Shown: positions 1 to 7,204 of the stretch, piece by piece | Numbering within the stretch: the stretch's first letter is position 1 | How the letters are laid out: each line of letters opens with the position of its first letter | Source: an uncultured Micavibrio sp. | Lineage (GTDB): Bacteria > Pseudomonadota > Alphaproteobacteria > Micavibrionales > UBA1664 | Length of the DNA stretch: 64,000 nt | Direction of reading: 5' to 3' | Assembly: GCA_964531715.1 (NCBI GenBank) | Contig: CAZHEE010000003.1 | Location: forward strand, 34,989-98,988 | Notes under the pieces: model-generated | Told to the model about the DNA's origin: nothing | Database searches by the model: none | What the model saw: only the letters and a program-made list of their open reading frames with translations | Made by a program: the position numbers and the translations under genes

Positions 1-1455
1 AATTCCGTTAATCTCTTCCTCGCTTAAACCCTTTTCGGCAAGGAGTGCGGCGAGGTATTTATTACGCACCGGGAATGACCCTGACAATGTTTTATGCGTA
101 TAGGCATTCGCGGCAATCGGCTCAATCCCCGGGGAAGCACCACCGCAAATGATTGAGATGGAGGCCGTTGGCGCAATCGCCATCTTATTAGAAAAACGCT
201 CCATAATACCGTAATCCGCCGCGTCCGGGCATGGCCCACGCTCATGCGCCAGCTTGACAGAGGCATCATCGGCTTGCCGCTTAATAAGTTGGAACATACG
301 ACGATTCCAGACCTTCGCCATCACTGATTCAAATGGAATCATTTTTGACTGAAGGAAAGAGTGGAAACCCATCACACCCAAACCGACAGAGCGTTCACGC
401 ATGGCGGAATATTTAGCCTTTGCAAAAGTATCGGGCGCCTTCTCAATAAAATCCTGAAGCACATTATCGAGCATCCGCATAATGTCCTCGATAAAGGTCG
501 GATGGTCATGCCATTCATCGAATTTTTCAAGATTGAGGGATGACAGGCAACAAACCGCGGTTCTGTCCTTACCGTCCTGGTCAATTCCTGTCGGCAACGT
601 AATTTCAGAACATAAATTCGACATCTTCACATTCAAACCGGCCATTTTATGATGATCTGGAATCGCTTTATTCACCGTATCAATATAAAGCAAATATGGC
701 TCACCTGTCTCAATACGCGCGGTCAGAATGCGAATCCATAAATCACGCGCACTGACCTTATCAATAATCGCATTATTATGGGGGGAGCGCAGCGCCCAGT
801 CATCATCATTGGCAACCGCATCCATGAAAGCATCAGGGATAAGCACGCCATGGTGAATGTTTAAGGCTTTCCGATTCGGGTCACCCCCTGTCGGGCGACG
901 CATCTCAACAAATTCTTCAATCTCAGGATGGGTCACATCCATATAAAGCGCGGCAGAGCCACGGCGGAGTGAGCCTTGAGAGATTGCCAATGTTTGCGAA
1001 TCCATCACTTTGATAAACGGCATCACACCGGACGTCTTTCCGTTACGTCCGACTTTCTCACCGATAGAGCGAATATTGGATACATTTGTGCCGATACCGC
1101 CACCACGCGCGGCAAGCCAGACATTTTCCTGCCATAAATCAACAATACCTTCGAGCGAATCTTGCATCTCATTCAAAAAGCAGGAAATCGGCATACCGCG
1201 ATTCGTGCCACCATTCGATAAAATCGGCGTTGCAGGCATGAACCATAAATTTGAGATATAATCATAAAGACGCTGTGCATGGGCATCATCATCACCATAG
1301 GTCATGGCAACACGGGCTATCAGCCCCTGAATCGTTTCACCCTCAAGCAAGTAACGATCATAAAGGGTCGCTTTCCCGAAAGTTGTGAAATTCTCGTCCC
1401 TCGCATCATCAATTTTGACCCGTGGGCCGCGTTCCATTTGTGCAACATCAAACAT
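1..1455 (-). CDS. nrdA: ribonucleoside-diphosphate reductase large subunit (class I), first 485 codons; the C-terminus lies beyond the window start
   Basis: My own minus-strand translation from the ATG at 1455-1453 gives MFDVAQMERGPRVKIDD...PATPILSNGGTNRGMPISCFLNEM...ARGGGIGTNVSNIRSIGE...NLCSEITLPTG...AVCCLSSLNLEKF. The frame stays open to position 1. It is missing from the ORF track because no stop codon falls in the window. These motifs are typical of RNR alpha chains. Confidence 0.85.
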   Translation of the reverse strand, partial: MFDVAQMERGPRVKIDDARDENFTTFGKATLYDRYLLEGETIQGLIARVAMTYGDDDAHAQRLYDYISNLWFMPATPILSNGGTNRGMPISCFLNEMQDSLEGIVDLWQENVWLAARGGGIGTNVSNIRSIGEKVGRNGKTSGVMPFIKVMDSQTLAISQGSLRRGSAALYMDVTHPEIEEFVEMRRPTGGDPNRKALNIHHGVLIPDAFMDAVANDDDWALRSPHNNAIIDKVSARDLWIRILTARIETGEPYLLYIDTVNKAIPDHHKMAGLNVKMSNLCSEITLPTGIDQDGKDRTAVCCLSSLNLEKFDEWHDHPTFIEDIMRMLDNVLQDFIEKAPDTFAKAKYSAMRERSVGLGVMGFHSFLQSKMIPFESVMAKVWNRRMFQLIKRQADDASVKLAHERGPCPDAADYGIMERFSNKMAIAPTASISIICGGASPGIEPIAANAYTHKTLSGSFPVRNKYLAALLAEKGLSEEEINGI

Positions 1456-1542
1456 AGTATATCCTTTCCCTCGTAACCTGCTTTTACAGTGGTTGTCTTA
1501 TCCCTATTTAAATACATGGAGGAGGGCGTTTTAAGTGCGAAA

Positions 1543-1590
1543 ACACAATCCCTAGTGCCTCTATACATACAAGGATACTATATCTCGTGG
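1543..1590 (-). promoter_or_regulatory. two candidate NrdR boxes upstream of nrdA
   Basis: ACACAATCCCTAGTGC (1543-1558) and ATACTATATCTCGTGG (1575-1590) both fit the ACAC-N8-GTGT type palindrome. Their starts are 32 bp apart, matching the tandem spacing known for NrdR operators. Each matches the consensus only partially. Confidence 0.4.
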
Positions 1591-1595
1591 TCAGG

Positions 1596-1624
1596 TCTAT
1601 AGGACTATATGCCTATTTGGTCAA
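1596..1624 (-). promoter_or_regulatory. predicted sigma70-type promoter of nrdA; the 15-nt motif sits in its spacer
   Basis: The minus strand reads TTGACC (1624-1619), then 17 nt, then TATAGA (1601-1596). The spacer contains TAGGCATATAGTCCT (plus coordinates 1601-1615). That differs by one base from the motif at 30269-30283 and 30807-30821. Confidence 0.45.
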
Positions 1625-1909
1625 TTTTATGGTTATGCACAGCGTGAAAAGGCGCGTTTCCGCCTGTAAGGGGATAAATAAAAAAATTTTATCCTCAAGG
1701 GGAAATCAGCATACTGTGATGACGAATCAGGAGAAATTAAAATTGTATGTTTTCACAAGAGGAAAATATTCAAAAAGTGTGATTTAAATCTCTCATATTT
1801 TCGGGAAGGATGCCTGAGTCCTTTTTAGTGTTAGTGGGGAAGAACATTAAGAGAAAGCAGGCACCCTACCGGAAAATATGATTGAAAATTAATGTAGCGC
1901 AAATTAAGT

Positions 1910-2176
1910 TTATGCCGACCTTCTTAACAAATGGTTATCAGCGTTCTCATCTGATGCATTATTTGCAGGTTTTTTCAAAATACTTTTTTCGACACTTAAT
2001 AAAGTGTCTTTTTCTGCGTCTAAGTAACGAACGACATCCATAAGTTCATCATAGCTCATAGACTTCACGTCTTGCTTGTAAGCTTTATCGGATGTCATCT
2101 CGAAATATATATTTTTATTACTCATAGCTATACTCAATCTTTTAAAATTTTCATAATAATATAGTAACTGAAACAT
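1910..2176 (-). CDS. hypothetical small protein in an AT-rich stretch
   Basis: ORF-track entry only. No recognisable motif and no clear RBS. Confidence 0.25.
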   Translation of the reverse strand: MFQLLYYYENFKRLSIAMSNKNIYFEMTSDKAYKQDVKSMSYDELMDVVRYLDAEKDTLLSVEKSILKKPANNASDENADNHLLRRSA

Positions 2177-2199
2177 ATTATCAAGTTTTATTTGTAACT

Positions 2200-2938
2200 A
2201 GGCTCAGGACTTACAAATATTAACCTTTAAGTATTTTTTACGGTTATAATTCACTTGTAAGAAAGAAGGATTTTATGAGTAATTTGTACCTGTTATCGGA
2301 CAGTCAAATGGATATTATATCAGGCTACTTGCCGCCCTCATGTGGTGTTGCACGTGTTGACTACAGGGTCAAGCCGTGCAACAGGTGATCGCCGTGTGAT
2401 TAGCGATATCATCTATGTTATAAAAAATGGATTGTGGTGGTGTGATGCGCCCAAAGACTATGGTCCTCATAAGACGCTTTATAACCGCTTTATCTGTTAG
2501 TTGCGCATAGGCGGTTAAATTCCAAACAGCTTGCGGTTGTTGATGGTTTGGGGCGACCTGTGTGCTTATATTTAAGCGCAGGGCAAGTCAGAGACCATAA
2601 AGGAGCGGAGGTTCTGCTAGATAAACTGCCCAAAACAACCGTCATATTAGCGAATAGAAGGTATGACAATGATGCGTTTCGAAATGAACTCAAATCAAAA
2701 GGTATCACACCCTGCATTCCTCCGCGCAAAAACCGCAAAATATAATATCAATACGATAAAAATCTCTATAACAACGCCACAAAAGCTTGTGCCCGCGAAG
2801 GCCGGTATCGAAAATATGTTCGGACGCCTCAAAGATGGGATGCGCATTTTCATGAGATACGACAGACAACCCCACACTTTCTTCTCCGCAATACAAAACG
2901 CCGCTACTCTCATCCTCTATTGTATGAGTCCTGCGCCT
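2200..2938 (+). mobile_element. degenerate IS5-family element (IS427/IS1031-like) with a broken transposase
   Basis: Terminal inverted repeats AGGCTCAGGACTTACAAA (2200-) and the reverse complement of TGTATGAGTCCTGCGCCT (-2938). Transposase pieces lie in at least three frames: MSNLYLLSDSQMDIISGYLPP..., DRRVISDIIYVIKNGLWWCDAPKDYGPHKTLYNRF, GRPVCLYLSAGQVRDHKGAEVLLDKLPKTTVILANRRYDNDAFRNELKSKGITPCIPPRKNRK and ENMFGRLKDGMRIFMRYDRQPHTFFSAIQNAATLILY. These are typical of DDE IS5-family transposases. The central part is missing. Confidence 0.75.
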
Positions 2939-3012
2939 GGATAAATATTTTAGTTATTAAATTGTTGCTAATGCCGTTGCTAGAATGTATATAGTATTGC
3001 TTATGTTGCAAA

Positions 3013-3099
3013 GGGCGTGTGGCGGAATTGGTAGACGCGGCGGACTCAAAATCCGCTGTCAGTAATGACTTGGGAGTTCGAGTCTCCCCACGCCCACCA
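3013..3099 (+). tRNA. tRNA-Leu (anticodon CAA), CCA encoded
   Basis: Manual cloverleaf. Acceptor GGGCGTG pairs with CACGCCC. Anticodon stem GCGGA/TCCGC with loop CTCAAAA. Long variable arm. T arm GGGAG-TTCGAGT-CTCCC. Discriminator A followed by CCA. Confidence 0.9.
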
Positions 3100-3110
3100 A
3101 AATAGCACAA

Positions 3111-3167
3111 GATTCAAAATCCAATTCATGTATGGGAGTAGGAGTTCGATTCTCCTCGGGGGCACCA
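3111..3167 (+). pseudogene. 3' fragment of a second, divergent tRNA-Leu(CAA); no 5' half
   Basis: GATTCAAAATCCAA..AGGAG-TTCGATT-CTCCT-CGGGGGC-A-CCA carries an anticodon loop, variable arm, T arm and 3' acceptor strand. The complementary 5' acceptor GCCCCCG is absent upstream. The fragment starts 12 nt after the intact tRNA. Confidence 0.7.
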
Positions 3168-3255
3168 AATTTTCTTTAATATTTTAAAACTCTTTTAAAG
3201 AATTTCTTTCATAATTTATATTCTGACATGAGTATTTAAAAAGGATTGAAGCATA

Positions 3256-3561
3256 ATGGATTTGAACGACAGATGTATGGCGCAGGAAGCTATTTATGCG
3301 CGTGGTGAAGAATATAATTTTCGTGTGAATATGCAGGCCTGCGCATTGCTTGCGCGATGGATTGCGGAAGAGAAATTAAAACTGGATGCACGAGAGACGG
3401 ATCGTTATTGCGGTGCGATTATTGCGGCCTCTGTGCGTAACTGTAACCCTCAAACATTATTTGAGTATATTCAAGGCAAGCTTGAAAAATATGATGTCAG
3501 CTTAAGCAATGAGGAGCTGGAATATCGTTATCTCCTCGCGCTTCAAACCGCAAGGGCTTAG
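3256..3561 (+). CDS. DUF1476-like protein (family of the alphaproteobacterial ATPase inhibitor zeta subunit)
   Basis: About 100 aa. The N-terminus DRCMAQEAIYARGEEYNFRVNMQACALLARWIAE resembles, from memory, the Paracoccus zeta subunit pattern F.DRE.A.EA.FA...E.NF....R...L..W.A. Confidence 0.5.
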   Translation: MDLNDRCMAQEAIYARGEEYNFRVNMQACALLARWIAEEKLKLDARETDRYCGAIIAASVRNCNPQTLFEYIQGKLEKYDVSLSNEELEYRYLLALQTARA

Positions 3562-3627
3562 CATAAGATTAAAATCATTAAAACATCGCACTTGTTTTAA
3601 GGCGGTTCATCACGCATAACTATTGAC

Positions 3628-6484
3628 ATGTCTGATGATGAGAATAAGGATATTTATCTGGTCGATGGCTCGGCTTACATTTTCCGTGCCTATCATGCTT
3701 TACCGCCTTTAACCAATAAGAATGGTGTTGTTATTAACGCTGTGCTTGGCTTTACTAACATGATGGTTAAGTTATTGCGCGAGATGAAGGCCCCCTATAT
3801 CGCCGTGATATTTGACGCCACGCGCAAGAATTTCCGCAATGATATCTATGATCAGTATAAGGTCAACCGCGATGATCCACCCGAGGATCTCGTTCCCCAA
3901 TTCCAACTAATTAGAGATTGCGTGACAGCTTTTGGAATGGAGCCGATTGAGATGGATGGGTTTGAGGCGGATGACCTTATCGCCACATATGCCCGTATTG
4001 CGACCGAACAAGGACGTAAAGTCACGATTGTCTCATCCGATAAAGACCTGATGCAGCTTATCAACGACACTGTCACAATGTATGACCCGATGAAGGGAAA
4101 AATGCTGGGCATTGCGGACGTGCAAGAAAAATTCGGCGTTTCGCCTGATAAAGTCGTTGATGTGCAGGCGTTGGCAGGGGATGCGATTGATAATATTCCG
4201 GGTGTACCTGGTATTGGGATTAAGACCGCCGCGCAACTGATTGAGGAATATGGTGACCTTGAAAGCCTTCTTTCGCGTGCCGAAGAAATCAAGCAACCGA
4301 AACGCCGTGAAACACTTATCAATCATGCCGAGGATGCACGTATTTCAATGAAGCTTGTGTCATTGGATGCGCAAGTTGATGTGCCGTATGACCTGAATGA
4401 TTTGGCCGTGCATGATACAAATACGGAAACACTGATTGCTTTTTTGGAAGAGCATGGGCTCAATTCTGTTCTTAAACGGCTTGGGCATGATGCACCGAGC
4501 CAGACAAGCAAACAAGACGCGCCCCAAAATGATTTTCCACCAATTGTGGATAATAAATATACGCTTATTCAAGACGTGAAAACGCTTGAAAAATGGCTGG
4601 CGCGGGCAAGCGAAACAGGCATATTATCCTTTGATACCGAAACAACGGCTTTGACCCCTGCCAAGGCAGACTTAGTCGGGATTTCGATTGCGAGCGAAGT
4701 CGGTAAGGCTGCCTATATTCCGTTTGCCCATAAAAGCGGCGAAGTCGATTTGCTTGGCGATGGCGGTGAAGAGATTCGGCAAATTGAGATGAGGCATGCA
4801 CTCTTGCTCCTCAAGCCTATCCTTGAAAATCCGGCCATTATTAAGATTGCACAAAATGCAAAATATGATGTTCAAGTTTTGGAGGGGGCTTATTCTTCCT
4901 TGTCATCCCCGCCCCCGAGCGGGGACCCGAGGGGAGAGGCCCCCGCTCAAGGCGGGGGTGACAATAGTATAAATATCTATCCCATAGACGACACCGATCG
5001 AGGTCGCGCCCTGCGACGACACCATGCTCCTCTCCTACACGCTTGAGGCAGGCCTACACGGGCATGGCATGGATGAGCTGTCCGAGTTGTATTTTAATCA
5101 CAAACCAGTCCCCTTTAAAGAAGTTGCAGGAACAGGAAAATCGCAGGTAACTTTTGATTATGTGAGCCTTGATAAGGCACTCGATTACGCTGCGGAGGAT
5201 GCGGATATAACCTTGCGCTTATGGCATATTTTACGCGAAAAACTCAATCAAACGCGCGGTGTGATTAGCGTTTATGAGCAAATGGAGCGTCCGCTTGTGC
5301 CCGTCATGGTGCGGATGGAGGCAAAAGGTATTATGGTTGACCGCGCATCATTGCGTGACATGAGCAATCAATTTGCAACAAAGCTTGCAACGCTTGAGGC
5401 GGATGTTCATGCTGAAGCTGGCTCGCCCTTTAATATCGGTTCACCTAAGCAAGTGGGACAGGTGTTGTTTGATCAAATGGGCTTACAAGGGGGTAAGAAA
5501 ACCAAAACGGGGGATTGGTCAACCAATGTTTCGATTTTGGAAGATTTGGCGGTGAGTAATGCTATTGTCCGTAAAATCCTCGATTATCGTGGTTTGTCAA
5601 AGCTGAAATCCACTTACACAGATGCGTTACAGGATCAAATTATCCCTGACACAGGGCGAGTCCATACATCCTTTTCGATGGCTGGAACGTCAACAGGGCG
5701 GCTGGCCTCTAGCGACCCTAACCTGCAAAATATTCCGATTAGGACAGAAGAAGGGCGCAAAATTCGGACGGCCTTTATCGCGCCTGAGGGCAAAAGCCTT
5801 GTTTCAATTGATTATTCCCAAGTTGAATTACGCCTTGTTGCCGCGATGGCGGATATTCCAAGGCTCAAACAAGCCTTCATAGACGGGCATGACATTCACG
5901 CGATTACGGCAAGCGAGGTGTTTGGCGTGCCGCTCGACAAAATGGATGGCGAAACACGGCGCAAGGCCAAGGCGATTAATTTCGGTATTGTCTATGGGAT
6001 TAGCGGTTACGGCCTCGGGCGGCAACTCGGGATTGAGGCAGGCGAAGCGGGCGAGTATATCAAGCTTTACTTCAATCGCTTTCCCGAGCTTGCACAATAT
6101 ATGGACGAAACCAAGGCGATCGCGCATGAACAAGGCTATGTTGAAACCTTATTCGGGCGCAAATGCTGGATTAAAGGGATTAAGGATAAGAATTATTCCA
6201 TCCGTTCAGGTGCGGAAAGGGCGGCGATTAATGCGCCGATTCAAGGGACAGCCGCCGATATTATTAAGCAAGCAATGATTAAAATTGACCGCGCAATTTT
6301 GGATGGAGAGATTGAGGCGGCAATGTTGCTGCAGGTTCATGATGAACTGATTTTCGAAATTGATGATGATAAGATTGAGAGTGAGTCGGCAAAGATTAAA
6401 ACCATCATGGAAAATATAATTGACCTTGATGTTCCTCTCATTGCCGATGCCGGCTCCGGCAAAAACTGGGATGATGCGCATTAA
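3628..6484 (+). CDS. polA: DNA polymerase I; reading frame broken between 4996 and 5023 (ORF-track pieces 3628..5046 and 5024..6484)
   Basis: 5'-nuclease N-terminus (YLVDGSAYIFRAYHALPPL), 3'-5' exonuclease region (LSFDTETTAL, AQNAKYD) and polymerase motifs (DYSQVELRL, RRKAKAINFGIVYG, QVHDELIFE). Frame 1 ends at 5046 and frame 2 continues from 5024. Confidence 0.92.
4881..4966. repeat. GC-rich palindromic element inserted in frame within polA
   Basis: Hairpin arms 4901-4924 and 4940-4963 form a 13-bp outer and an 8-bp inner helix. The element encodes EGAYSSLSSPPPSGDPRGEAPAQGGGDNS between the conserved AQNAKYDVQVL and INIYPIDDT. It is far more GC-rich than the surrounding gene. Confidence 0.7.
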
Positions 6485-6604
6485 ACCCTTCTCCCTCGGG
6501 AGAAGGTGCTGAGCATCGCGAAGCGGATGAGGGGTATAAAAACCAAATAGATTAAGCAACCCCTCACCCTAACCCTCTCCCCAGGGAGAGGGAACTAAGC
6601 GGTA
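6485..6604. repeat. composite GC-rich REP-like element filling the polA / 6605-6937 intergenic space
   Basis: Hairpins CCCTTCTCCCTCGGGAGAAGG (6486-6506) and CCCTCTCCCCAGGGAGAGGG (6573-6592), plus GAGGGGT (6529-6535) pairing with ACCCCTC (6559-6565). It shares the same core modules (CCCCTCACCC and CCCTCTCCCC..GGGGAGAGGG) as the element inside mtaB. Confidence 0.7.
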
Positions 6605-6937
6605 TTAATATTTCTCAGATATATAAACATCGCAGGCACTGTCGGCGGCCATGACCGCGATATGCGTGTTATGAAATGTTTTATGCCCGCCGATTGCAAA
6701 ATCATAATATAGCCCTGCAGGGAAATAATGGTCACTCGCGCTCGCGGTGACGTTTGATCCGCCGAAAGCGATATAGACAGGGCCGGTTGTGTAAAGACTG
6801 ACCACATGGGTTTCATTATTGAATGCAGTTGCGTTTCTGGATGAGGACAGTGTCGCGCTGATAGAATGCGCACCATTCGGGCGTAATCTTAAGGCCTGTA
6901 TAGCATTATCGTCATTATCGCGTGGTAATGTTGTCAT
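6605..6937 (-). CDS. hypothetical 110-aa protein, Ser/Thr/Ala-rich, probably beta-rich
   Basis: Clean ORF between repeat elements. No family recognised. Confidence 0.45.
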   Translation of the reverse strand: MTTLPRDNDDNAIQALRLRPNGAHSISATLSSSRNATAFNNETHVVSLYTTGPVYIAFGGSNVTASASDHYFPAGLYYDFAIGGHKTFHNTHIAVMAADSACDVYISEKY

Positions 6938-6979
6938 GGGTTTCTCCTGTAAAAATAAAAAAGATTTGGAAATAAAAAA

Positions 6980-7012
6980 CCCGCTTTCTCGGATAAGAAA
7001 AGCGGGCGCATT
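6980..7012 (-). terminator. intrinsic terminator signature on the minus strand with no upstream minus-strand gene
   Basis: CCCGCTTT..AAAGCGGG stem (6980-7006). The minus strand has GTTTTTTATTT after the stem, whereas the plus strand has an A-run before it and no U-tract after it. Confidence 0.45.
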
Positions 7013-7079
7013 TATGGCGTCAATAAAATCATAGTGTTCTATTTTTGTTCCAAAGTCAAGTGGGAATCTGATAGTATCC

Positions 7080-7121
7080 CGTCATTGCCTGAATCTCGAC
7101 AGAGATTCTAAGGCAATCCAG
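7080..7121. repeat. hairpin repeat of the CGTCATT...AATCCAG family
   Basis: CGTCATTGCCT-loop-AGGCAATCCAG. Confidence 0.65.
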
Positions 7122-7142
7122 TTCATGGCTTTATATCATTTC

Positions 7143-7186
7143 TAGATTCCCTTAGAATTTTATAAATCAAATTCAGGGAATGACGA
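7143..7186. repeat. hairpin repeat of the same family, in opposite orientation
   Basis: TAGATTCCCT...AGGGAATGACGAG. This is the inverted partner of 7080-7121, giving a BIME-like pair. Confidence 0.6.
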
Positions 7187-7204
7187 GTATTTTTAAACTA
7201 TGCT

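Noticed and set aside
1456-1545. Possible cobalamin riboswitch in the nrdA leader (AATAGGGA...ACCACTGTAA resembles the B12-box region).
   Set aside because: The GGTG..AA..CC and other conserved core helices are missing, and the segment is too short. NrdR-type boxes and a promoter explain the region better.
3628-6484. polA as a naturally split pair of genes (separate 5'-nuclease/exonuclease and polymerase proteins).
   Set aside because: The break falls inside the conserved exonuclease-domain motif (..PxDDTMLLSY..) rather than at a domain border. It is caused by a discrete 28-nt insert.
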